In this document: positions 12,740-24,189 of the stretch, in pieces
Layout: each line of letters starts with the position of its first letter
Numbering within the stretch: the first letter of the stretch is position 1
Assembly (NCBI GenBank): GCA_020891255.1
Contig: BQFW01000009.1
Span: 1,550,001-1,614,000 of the forward strand
Direction: 5' to 3'
DNA from: Entomortierella parvispora E1425
Taxonomy: Eukaryota > Fungi > Mortierellomycota
DNA length: 64,000 nt
Translations under genes and position numbers: made by a program
Notes under the pieces: generated by a model
Database searches by the model: none
Told to the model about the DNA's origin: nothing
Seen by the model: the letters and a program-made list of their open reading frames with translations, nothing else

Positions 12740-14362
12740 ATGGCAACAATCACCATGAACAGCACCGTCTATGACGGTAAGACTCAAAATTGGTGGCAAC
12801 TTGGTCCTATTCAGCTTCTTGGGAGGGTTTTGACCTTGCTTTGGAAACAGTTGACTAACCAAGCTGGACTCTTTCATATTCGATACCATTAGATGATATC
12901 TGTCCAGTATGTCAAACAGATCGATACCTCAACCCACAGATGAAGCTCAAGGTCGGCCCATGTTTTCACAAAATGTACGAAAAGAAGAGTTCCTACAATG
13001 CTCTGGATCCTAGTTATCGTGCTTCCTTGAAGAGTTTGGAACTGATCTTTGTTTTCTATGCGGTTATTAGGTGCGAGAACTGTATAGAACGCCTGTTTGC
13101 GCATGGACCAGCACCATGTCCGACCTGCCGACAGACCCTTCGTAAGGCAACCTTTTCGGAACAAACCTTTGAGGACTTGCTAGTAGAAAAAGAGGTCCGT
13201 ATTCGCCGACAAATGTCACAAAAGTAAGTCATTGATCGTTTTGATATTCACCCCTACTCGTATCGCACACTCCGTAATGATAACCGCCATCATCATTGAG
13301 TGCTGACAAATCCAAAAACTGATTACGCTTGCTGGTTTTATAGGTTCAACAAGAGGCGGGAAGACTTCAAGTCACTAAAAGAATACAACGACTACCTGGA
13401 GAATATTGAAGATCTGAGTAGGTGGAAAATGATAGGAGAACAATTGGTATCACATTCAGGGAGACCACTGACTAATTTGCCATTATTATTTGTAAATTGT
13501 TCTTTATAGCTTTCAAGTTGGTGAATGAAATTGATGTCGACGCCACAAAGCTGGAGATTGACAAATTTGCGGCAGCGAACAGAGACTACATCCGTATGAA
13601 TGCAGATCGCTTGGTAAGTGGCGCAAGTCGTGGGTGATGTTTCTTTTTTTTTTTTTTTTTTTTTTTTTGGTATTGTCCTTTATGTTTTCCTCTGGATTTC
13701 ATCACTAACGATATGGCGTATCCTGTTCTTGCAATCAGCTCAATGAGACCAGGAAGGCCCTCTATGAAAAGGAGATGCAGATGAAGAAGCGACAGGACCA
13801 ACGCGAAGCCTACTTGAAGGAGCTGGAGGAGGAACAGGCAGCCAAGAACGAGGACAAGAAGATGCTGATCCAAGAGCTGGCCACATCCGACAAATCTGCA
13901 AAGACTATTATTGCTGCTCGCCAAGCCATCACACTCAAGAAAACGTCTATGCGAAAGACTGAGGTCAAGCCTAATGCGTCCACGACGGGCTCTAATGGAT
14001 CGACGCCCCTATTATTGTCGGACACATACTGGCGAATGCAGCGTGACGAGGAAATGGACCGTCAACGAGAAGAAGAGGATGAACTCATGGCAGACGCGAC
14101 ATTTGATCCAGTTCAGTCACAGTACATGGACGTGGACCTGGGTGTCGGGTATGTAAACAGTGTCAACAACAACAAGGCACATGCCGGAGGATTGCAGTAC
14201 CCTCTGTTGACATCCAGTATAGGTGTCAAGGACTTGTATCAGGAACCGTTAGGAGTGGGCTCTGTCAATCGAATGTCCAAGGCAGGAGGGTACCGGGCTG
14301 GATTTGGGTACTCGAGAGCGATTGAGGATGCACACACTGCTCTTTTTGCCCCTGCCCTTTGA
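12740..14362 (+). CDS. TFB3: CDK-activating kinase assembly factor MAT1/Tfb3 (RING finger)
   Basis: ICPVCQTDRYLNPQMKLKVGPCFHKM|CENCIERLFAHGPAPCPTCRQTLRK (C3HC4 RING), TFEDLLVEKEVRIRR and FNKRREDFKSLKEYNDYLE. The start could instead be the ATG at 12755. Confidence 0.94.
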
Positions 14363-15401
14363 AGTGGATGTACATGTACCTTTCTTTTGTTTTGCGCCAT
14401 TGACTTCAGAAAGAAATAAAGCCCAAGGCGGAAAAAAAAATACATAAGGAAAAACATGTTGGCCGACAGGGTCTGGTTTGCTAGAATGAATCTGTCGCGG
14501 TTAGTCCACGCGCTCTTTGACTTTTAGTCTATGTCCCAAGCTCTGTTGACAGCAGCACATGGGCACGTCAGTCATTGCGCACGACGGCGACGCGCAAAAA
14601 AAAAAAAAGGTCCACAAACAAAATGCAAGAAAGCATTAATTCAGTGTGACAACAACAACAGGAATAGTTTTGGGTTCGCACATGAAAATCGTATCAACCT
14701 TCGGGGCGTTCGGGCGAACGGTTCTGATTCGGTTGCCGGAAGGTCGATAAAATTGTAGAGACATGATCATGTATGTACTTTTGTCTGAAATGGCGTGTGA
14801 GGACATGCCGGTGCCAGAGAGTGGGTCATGAACGGGGTCTGGTGGGTGCAGGTACCGCAATCTACTCATAACGCTGACCATGGCCAAGGAGCAATAATGA
14901 TTTTGCAAAGAGTGGCGTGTGTGTGTGTGTGTGCCTGGCTGGCTGGCTCAAAAAAAAAAGAGCATTGGTGGCCCGACCGAACAGGAACATTAAAAAAAAG
15001 CAGGCCATCGAAACGCTAAAGGGCTCTCAGACGAATAATATTTGTTCACCCGATTGTAGAGGAAGAGAGGAGGAAAGAGCCCTGGACCTGCTTGGAGGCA
15101 GACGGGACAGACGGACAGGAAAGAGGAGGAAGGACTCTCCGTCCTATCTTTTTCTGCTGACGATGGTTGGATCATGAATGTTGTCGTCTGTCCGCCTGTC
15201 CTTCTGTGCCTGTGGCTGTTCGCTATCCGCAATTGAGCTCTGCTCCTCTCTTACAATAGTGCCTTTCAATCTTTTCTCTTCTCCGTTCTCTTTTTCTTCT
15301 ACTCCACACTTCTTTGTCCCCCTCCACTACTCACCCACTTCAACCTCCACCTCCACCTCCACCTCCACCTTTCCCCGAGAACCCAACAACTCGTAATCAC
15401 C

Positions 15402-15791
15402 ATGATGATGAAATCCTTCACCTCGGCCCTCCTCTTGGTCGCTCTCGTCGCAGTCCTCGCCTCTGCTCAGACCCCTACCCCCACCGCCACTACCGTCGAC
15501 GCTACTTCCACCTCCATCACCACTGGCACCGCCTCCACCACCCCAGCGGCCTCCCGCCCTGCAAGCAACTACACTGGCATCCCCCCAGGTGAACTTTCGA
15601 CCCTTCTTGGTGTCATTGCGTCCTACGCCACTGGTCGATCCGTCAACCCCGGATACGGCGCCACCTCTACCCCCACAAGCGCTGCCGTCGCCACCTCTGC
15701 TTTGGTCTCGGCCCCTACCTCCGTCTTGATGGGCATGGGTTTGGTCCTGTGCACCATCGTCCTCACTGCCTTTGGCACCGTTGGATTCTAA
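15402..15791 (+). CDS. Small secreted Ser/Thr/Ala-rich protein, probably GPI-anchored
   Basis: Single 129-aa ORF with a signal peptide (MKSFTSALLLVALVAVLASA), a T/S/P-rich middle, an N-x-T sequon and a hydrophobic C-terminal tail. Codon usage is C-ending, as in neighbouring genes. Confidence 0.8.
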   Translation: MMMKSFTSALLLVALVAVLASAQTPTPTATTVDATSTSITTGTASTTPAASRPASNYTGIPPGELSTLLGVIASYATGRSVNPGYGATSTPTSAAVATSALVSAPTSVLMGMGLVLCTIVLTAFGTVGF

Positions 15792-16370
15792 TAAAAAGGA
15801 GAAAGAAAAGGAAAGAAGGAAAACGCAACCTCATATACTCAACACCTGTCCAAACAACTACCCTCCATACCTTGTAACTTCTACTATTGCTAAAATACAT
15901 ACCAAAATGACAGCATCCCGACTTGAAATGAAAAAAAAAAGAACTTGCAAAACGTCCGTAGTCCATGATCACTCGACTTGGGATCGAGACACTTTTGGTC
16001 GAGAAACGAGTTGCAAACAACAATTGCACCTGCATGCAAAGTCTGTCTGCGACTACGAAGATTGCGTCAAAATGATCGCATGGGTGATACGACCGTTGGG
16101 AGGGGGCAAGTCTGTTTTGTTGACAGGGCAAACATGAAAAAGAAACTTGCATCTCCAACACGGACACAACTCCACACATCTTGACATGGAGAAACAAGAT
16201 GAGACTCATCTTCACTTCTCCACAAAGTAGAATTAATCCACAAATTATTATTTTTTAAATTGTTTTATTGCTGCAAGTCTTTAGGAACACGCAGAATGAA
16301 AAGGGCATCTATGTACGAAGTATGAATGGGGAGGTTGGGTGGGGGATAAGGGTTGGATGTCTGCAGCTCT

Positions 16371-17623
16371 TTACTTGGCCTTGGTGGGTCCCAACATAAG
16401 CTCGGGGCGGACCCACTCCTTGAACTGCTCCTCGTTCAAGAGACCGAGGGAGATGGCAGCCTCCTTCAAAGTGGTGCCCTCCTTGTGGGCCTTCTTGGCG
16501 CACTTGGCGGCGTTATCGTAACCAATGTAGGGGTTCAAGGCAGTAACCAACATGAGGGACTCGTTCATGATGGCGTTGATCTTCTTCTCGTTGGCCTCGA
16601 TACCGACAACGCAGTTCTTGGTGAACGAAACACAGGCATCAGACAACAAGCGGATGGACTGGATGGTGTTCTTGATCATGACGGGCTTGAAGACGTTCAG
16701 CTCAAAGTGACCGTTGGAGCCAGCAACGCTGACGGTGGTGTTGTTACCCATAACCTGGGAGCAGACCATGGTCATGGCCTCGCACTGGGTAGGGTTGACC
16801 TTTCCGGGCATGATGGACGAACCGGGCTCGTTCTCGGGCAAGTTGAGCTCTCCGAGACCGCAGCGAGGACCAGATCCCAAGAAGCGGATATCGTTGGCAA
16901 TCTTCATCAAGGAAACGGCCAAGACGTTCAAGGCACCGTGAGCCTCAACGATGGCATCGTGGGCAGCAAGGGCCTCAAACTTGTTGGGGGCGGTCTTGAA
17001 GGGAAGCTTGGTAATGCCAGAGATGGCCTCGGCGACCTTAACATCGAAACCCTCACGGGTGTTCAAGCCCTATTCGAAAAAAAAGAAGTCCTTTGTTAGT
17101 TGTGTTTCTGCAAGATGGATCCCTGTGCGCGACCATCAGTTCTGAGCCTTGTCCTTCTCCACATCTCTTTTGTCTTCTCCGCGTGCAAACAAAGAGCAGC
17201 AACAGGCGACGTGTTCACTCTGACGAACCCGTGCCAGTCTTTAGTACTTACAGTGCCGACGGCGGTACCACCCTGAGCAAGGTTGTAGAGGCGGGGGAGA
17301 GTGCCCTGAACGCGCTCAATTCCGTAAGAGAGCTGCTGAACGTATCCAGAGAACTCCTGTCCGAGGGTCAAGGGAGTAGCATCCTGCAAATGAGTGCGAC
17401 CAATCTTGATGATATCCTTGAACTCGACGCTCTTGGCCTCAATGGCATCGCGAAGCAAGGTGACAGCGGGGATGAGGCGCTGGTTGATCTCGATAGCGGC
17501 GGCAACATGCATGGCAGTGGGGAAGGTATCGTTCGAGGACTGGGACATGTTGACGTGGTCGTTGGGGTGAACGGGCTTCTTGGAGCCGAGCTCACCTCCG
17601 AGGAGCTCAATGGCACGGTTGGA

Positions 17624-17660
<37 letters not shown>

Positions 17661-18842
17661 GAACCGGTCTGCCAGACAACCAAGGGGAAGTGGTCCAAGA
17701 GCTTGCCCTCGATCACCTCGTCAGCGGCCTTGACGATGGCCTGGCCAACGGTCTGGTCGAGACCATAGGTCATGTTGACGGTGGCGGCAGCGCGCTTCAA
17801 GACACCGAAAGCCTTGATGAGAGGCTCGGGCATGCGCTCGGTGGGTCCACCAATATCGAAGTTCTGGAGGGAACTATTCATTTGAACGTGAAATGATGCG
17901 TGAGTATATTTCGTCCGTCTCTCGGCTCAACTCTTCAAGGTCCAAAGAGGGCAATGAGAAAAGGCGGGGTAGCCGAGCTAAAATGAATGAATGGATTGAT
18001 TGATCACGTAGATTGATCAATGAGAGGAGCACATACCGCTGAGTCTGGGCACCCCAGTATCTGTCGGCAGGGACCTGGAGGTTTCCGAAGGTATCGGCCT
18101 CGGAACGGAACTTTTGGGCCTGTGGACCGAGTGTAGGAGTAATGGACATTGGTTAGGACGTTTGAATCAAACAAAAAGAGAATGAGGAAGAGGAGTTTGG
18201 AGAAACAAGAAGGAAGAAGGGAAAGGAAGGAAGGAAGGAAGGGTGCGCGTCTGTTCTTTGCCGTGTCGGTGTCTGACTGACTGACTGACTGGACTCCGTT
18301 GGCTGAGATTCGACTCGAGGCCGATAACAGGCGATGGGCCAGAGGGCGTGGGAGAGGCAGCAAGAAGGGGGGCCATGCCATGGGGGCAGGACAGTAGCAG
18401 CAGGCGCGTGGTCTGTGGCCACTGCGAGAGTGCATCCTCAGGGACACAGGCAAATGTCCACAGAGAGGAGACAGACTCGAGCACACAACGAGTCTAATCC
18501 TGTCCTGCCTCTGCCTCTCTCTCTCTCTCGCCCACAGCAACAGAAAGGCTGTATCAGAAGGGGAATGGAGACTGGATTACTTTACCCAGACGGGGGCAGC
18601 GCTGAAGGCGCGCAACTGCTGGCGCATAACCTAGGAGCAAGAAGACAAGAGAAATAGAGAAAGTCAGTCCATGGGGCTGATCAGTTTAGCATCCTTGTTT
18701 GTCTGCAGCCTAGGTTGGTAGGTTGGATGCAGCGAGAGTGAAGGGTATGCAGGTTGGAGGGGTGATCAGGTCCATGGGAGAACAGACACAAACAAACACT
18801 CACAGGAGAAGCCTTGACGGCGTTCAGCTTCAAGATGTTCAT
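16371..18842 (-). CDS. FUM1: Fumarate hydratase class II with a presequence split over two upstream exons
   Basis: Exon 1 18842-18804 [13 protein letters not shown]; exon 2 18630-18586 [15 protein letters not shown]; then [46 protein letters not shown] and the signature [15 protein letters not shown]. Confidence 0.96.
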
Positions 18843-19166
18843 GATGATGAGGCGGGTGAGGATGGAGAGAGAAGGATGAAGAAGAGGAGAACAAAAAGAG
18901 TCGATCCGATTGATGGGGCAGCACAACTCAGCTCGAGAGAGAGGGACCAGCAGAGCGCAGAGAGGGCTCCTTCTTCCCTTCTGTTCCGTTGATACAGGGC
19001 ATCTCGCTCGCTCGCCTCGTCCAGGGACGGAGACACCCGGGCCAAGCCACCCTTTGAAATCACGTGCTCACTCGCGTGCGCTTGTCTGGTGCGTGGGTGG
19101 TGTTGGGTGTCGGTGTCGGTGTTGGTGGTGGTGGTGGCGGGTGCGTCAAAGGGTGCGTGTGCGTGC

Positions 19167-19420
19167 GTGTGTGTGTGTGTGTGTGTTGCCTGTGTGTTCT
19201 TGTGTGAGAAGGGGGGCGAGAGAGCAACGACGTCCATGCCCATGCTCATCCTCGGGTTCCATGCCTGGGATGGATCTGGCACAGGGTTGAACGTGGGATG
19301 TGGACGTTGCTGCATCTCAAAGAGAGCACAACGAGAGAGCGCAGACAGACAGAGTAAGGGCTGTCTTCTCTGCCAGACAGACAGACAGACAGACAGACAG
19401 ACGACAGACAGACAGACAGA
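19167..19420. repeat. (GT)n and (GACA)n microsatellites in the FUM1/SAPS divergent intergenic region
   Basis: (GT)n at about 19167-19186 and interrupted (GACA)n at about 19374-19420, read directly. Confidence 0.9.
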
Positions 19421-19712
19421 CCAACAGACCAGGGCAAGCAAGGCAAGAACACAGACAGACACAGAAAAGGCAGGGCATGCAGACAAAAGACATCATTGTC
19501 CAAACCAGACTGTGCTCTCCTCTTTCTCGTCTCATTCACTTTCTGCCGGTCTCTTTCATTCTCTTTTCCTTTCTCCCTTCCCTCTCCCTCCTTTCCTCTC
19601 CTCTCCCTTTTCATCACTCTTTATTACCCCATCCGCCATCTGCATCCTCGCTAATTGACGAACTCCTCATTCTCCGCCCCCTCATTCCCATCTTCTCTAC
19701 AACCTCTCATCA

Positions 19713-22700
19713 ATGTACTGGCGCTTCGGTCATCAGAATGCCTCGGTCATTGACCATCTTCTCGAGAGCGGCAATGTCTCGCTCGAGGAACTGCTGGAGC
19801 AGGATGATCTGATCCAGGAATGCAAGGCCCAGAACCCAAGACTCATCGAATAGTATGCTTCAGAACCAACCCTCCATCCTCACTACCTCACCCTTGGCCC
19901 CTGCACTGTTCCCTTTGACCACGAAAAATACCCTTGTCAACCGCTGCCTATGCAATGCCGATGGACAGGAGGGGCTATGTTTGACAGACATTCACGCCTC
20001 TGTCCAAGGGCCGCAGCGTGGCATGACATTTTTAAAATCGTGCAGCCTTGAGTTGGCCCTGTTCTGCATTCGGTCATCAACGATTCCATTCCTGGATGAG
20101 CCTGCGATGCCGGATTCAGTTACTCATTTATGACATTTATTACATGAGTGCGAGATGAAAGACCGCGGCACAGTGGTCAACATTGTTGATACTGTTTGAG
20201 GACTCAGGGTCTGACCCGAAATGATCTTTACGGAATGGGAATGGATCACTGACTTTTTTCTATTGCATTCTTCGACATAGCCTAAGAGACCCAACTGTCC
20301 TCCAGCAGCTTTTGAGTTACATTACTAGCGATGACCTTGAGGATCGAGCCCGCTTCAAGTAAGTCTCTTTACACCAGACCGATTCTACTCTTCGATACCG
20401 CTTGAATCGGGTGCTACGCTTTCATGAGATTTACGGATTTATGGGACGATGACGATATGAAGGCGCCGAACGAGTCGACATTTTGCTGCACGCAAGGACC
20501 ATTGTCTGCGCAAGTCAGAAAACTACAATGAGTCCACAACAATTTACCCTTGCAATAGAAGCTACCTTCTTTCACTTATCAAAGAGGCATTCGCGACTGT
20601 GATTACAGGGAAAAAATGCATCTGACATCGACCATGCTTATTCTTCATAGATACCCGTTCATTGCATGTGAGGTCATTGCTTGCGAGGTCTGGGGAATAT
20701 TTGAATCCGCTCTGTCGAACATCGATATGCTGGTCAAGTTTTGGGAATTCTTGGATCGCCCACCACCATTGAACCCTGTACAAGCCAGCTACTTTGCCAA
20801 AGTTATTGGCGTATTTCTCATGAAGAAGACTGGAGATGTAAGCACCCGATCCTTCTCACGCGCAAGGTTTTGCCTCTTTTCTCCAAGCCATGAAGCTGAC
20901 AAGGACCTCTACGTTTTCAACAGATGTTGCAATTTATCAAATCACAGCCAGAGGTTGTACCCAAACTCCTTCTCCACATGTCGACATCCTCTATCATGGA
21001 CTTGCTTCTCAAGATCATCAGCATGGAAGAGTCAGTGGAAGGCAAAGGAACTGTACAGGTACGAAACAATTGTCAAAAGAATACATGTTTTGCGCCCACA
21101 GTGCGCATTTTGACTTTACATCCTTCCAAATCTATTATTTGTAGTGGCTGAGCGAGCAAGGGCTGATGCCATGGCTAGTGAACCGTCTGGACCCCAATTT
21201 CGACTCTGAGGTATGCTTCAACTACAGCATTGATCCGGCAACAAAGATCATGGCGGACCGGGACGTGCAATCTGACAGGGATTTATCTTTACCACAAACT
21301 TTTGTTACAATAGGTCCACTCTGTGGCCTCCCAGGTTCTCCTCGATATCATTGCCATTTCACAGTCTTCTCACCCCGAGCAGCCATCCATCGGAACAAAT
21401 GTCCTGATTGATGAGCTCAAGAGCGAAGTCATTGTGACAAAACTTGTCGGATTCATGCTGGACAGGACCGCACCCCACTCGACCTCGACCCTCATCAACG
21501 GCGTGACAATTTTCATTGAGTTAATTCGAAGAAACAACAGGTGAGAGAATAGACTCGACTTTTGCGTCTCAGACTGATTGATTGATGATGAGAAACCAAT
21601 AGTTGACAACCGTTGTTTCCCTCAGTGACTATGACGTTGAACCCCCAGCACCAAACTCGACCGAACCTGTGCGGGAAGCTGTTGACTTGAGCGACCTTTT
21701 GAAGGTGCTGGCTGCCAGGATCGAGGATTTCAAGCACCTTTTGGTTGTCCCCAGATCAGTTGTACGTCTTTTCAAGAGATTTATTTTGCGCATCCACTTT
21801 GTTCGCATTGCTGTCATTTGGAAACTAACTCGGCCGTACTGTAATAGACTGGCCCAATCGAGACATGCATCGGGAAGCAAACGCCTTTGGGATTCGAGAG
21901 ACTCAAGATTTGCGAGATGTTTGCCGAGCTTTTGCACTGCTCCAACATGGCTGTTCTCAACTCACGTCCTATCATCTCTGTATCTGCTGATGGTACCGTC
22001 AAGGTCCCAACTGTGGCAACCGATGTCTTGACTCACTCTGCTGCTGTCGTAACAGAAGTGTCTGAGACCTCGACTCTGGAAAAGACAGATGCAGAGACCA
22101 CTGAGGACAACCCCAGCGAACCCGATGAGAAGTACGACACCGAAAATAACACTGCCCAGGAGAAGGACGACAAAAAATCCGATGAGCAGACGGCCAAGAC
22201 TGATGAGACTGAAAAGAAGGAATCCGCCTCGGAGGTAGACGACATGGCCACCCCAAGAGGCTCTCCTCCTCCTCCCGCCCCCTCTACCTTGGCAAGCTCG
22301 ACCATTGCTACTTTGGCGTCCAACAACACCATGGAGAACGATGTCTTGATTCCAGTTGGAGACTTTTTGAAGCTCCAGTTTGTGGACCACCGCATCATTC
22401 CCACTTGCTTCGACTTGTTCTTCCAATTCCCTTGGAACAACTTTTTGCATACTGTTGTGTACGACATGGTTCATCAAGTTTTCCATCGGCCCATGGGCGA
22501 TATCGGGCGTCCTGATCAGGACGGAACATACATTCCCCCCAAGGCCGACCAAGGCATCACTGAGGGCTGGAACAGAAGATTGACAATCTCGATTTTCAAG
22601 GATGGTCAGTTGACGAAACGCATCACGGATGCCCAACGCCTGTGCGATTATGAATGGTGAGTTTATCTATCCGCACTTGATTTATGCTAGGCACATTCTG

Positions 22701-24189
22701 CCCAAACTACTCTAACATCCTATGACTCATTCTGATAGTGCTCAGCCCAAGGGAGTTCGTCTCGGGTACATGGGTCACTTGACCTATATTGCTGATGAGA
22801 CTGTCAAATTACTTGAACTGTACTCGCAAACTTCGCTCTTGCCTATGCTGTACGAGTACATTGATCTTGAAGACTGGTGGAACTATGTCTCCAAGATTTT
22901 GAAGGAGACCAAGGAGCGCGATGCGCAGGTTCTCGGAGGCACTCGCCCCAATTTGATGGAGCCTCACAAGTCTGGTCTTGGAGATGGTCATGACGACGAC
23001 TTCTTAGATGATAATGGCGACGACTACGGCTCCGGCAATGGCTACCTTGGAGAGGACAGTGGTGCTGGCCATGATGGCGATGTCGCCAGCGATCAGGTAA
23101 TTTAATCCCTCCATTCATCAGTCCTAAAATTGCAGGAACAGGGTATTGACTTGCTCGCTTGTCACTTTTTTTTTTCTTTATTTAGTTTGCTCGTTACCTG
23201 AGCCAGCAAATTACAAACAATCTCCCTGATAAGTTTGGTTCGTCTGATGAGGACGAGGACGACGAAGAAGGAAACTGGATTGGAGAGTTTGGAGCCGACA
23301 GTGACTTCGAGAGACGCCGCGCGGCTGCTTCGACAAATCTGGATGATCCCTTTGGAAACCAGAATGCCATGGACTTTGATGACAGTGATGAGGAAGAAGA
23401 TGGTGTCGATGAGGAGGTGAGCATCATTCATCCATCATGTTTGTCTTGTGCAAGAGTATGTTGAACTTATATGAGTCTCTATCTTTCTAGTGGCCCAATA
23501 CCTTTGGTGATAGCAAGGCATCTGCATTGGGCGCCACTCCGTTCAGTGCAACCCTCTCAGACTGGTCCGAGGATTTCCAAGACGGATTCACAGATTTCAA
23601 GACTGGAGAGGGCAAAGATGACTTTGATTTCCCACCATTTAGTGTAGACGCCAAAAACGAGACCTCAGGATCAGCTACAGGACAGGTGGCCGCTGGTCTG
23701 GATACCCCTGCTTCTTCTGCAGATCCCTTTGGTGAGGATGATCACCAAGCAGCACCTGCCTCAAAACCTTCGGAGGAGACCGTGGAGGTGGAGACTGTGG
23801 TGTTGGCACCCAAGGTGCATGATACTCCGGTCATCCATGAGGAGAGTACAGCAGAGAAGACCGCTTCGGTGTCACCTGCAACAACCTCCGCTCATCAAGA
23901 GAAGAGTGCACCTTCTGAGCCTAAGGCCGCTGCCAAGGTTGAAATGGAAGCTGTGCCTCTCGCCGACAAGTCAGCCCCTTTGCTTGAGAAGACTGTTTCC
24001 GTCGAAGGTTCAGACCTTCCCACCACTGCAAGTACTCCTGCGACCACCACATCTACATCGGCTGGGGTACAGGAGAAGGAGGATCACACAAGTCGTCTGG
24101 AAATGACCAAGTCTGACATAAACGAGACTGAGAAGGTGATCAAGAAGCTGGATGAACTAGACCTTCAGAAGGACAAGGACAACAAATAG
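19713..24189 (+). CDS. SIT4/PP6 phosphatase-associated protein (SAPS family, Sap185/190-like), multi-exon
   Basis: MYWRFGHQNASVIDHLLESGNVSLEELLEQDDLIQECKAQNPRLIEY, YPFIACEV, LNPVQASYFAKVI, LGFERLKICEMFAELLHCSNM, FFQFPWNNFLH and RLGYMGHLTYIA, followed by an acidic low-complexity tail. Confidence 0.93.

Noticed and set aside
16353-17896. Long + strand ORFs (248 and 267 aa) antisense to FUM1
   Set aside because: These are mirror ORFs produced by the strong codon bias of the fumarase gene; the same applies to antisense ORFs over the SAPS, Nudix and VMS1 genes.
18839-19812. Several 120-215 aa ORFs over the FUM1/SAPS intergenic region
   Set aside because: They are translations of (GT)n, (GACA)n and purine/pyrimidine tracts that lack stop codons.
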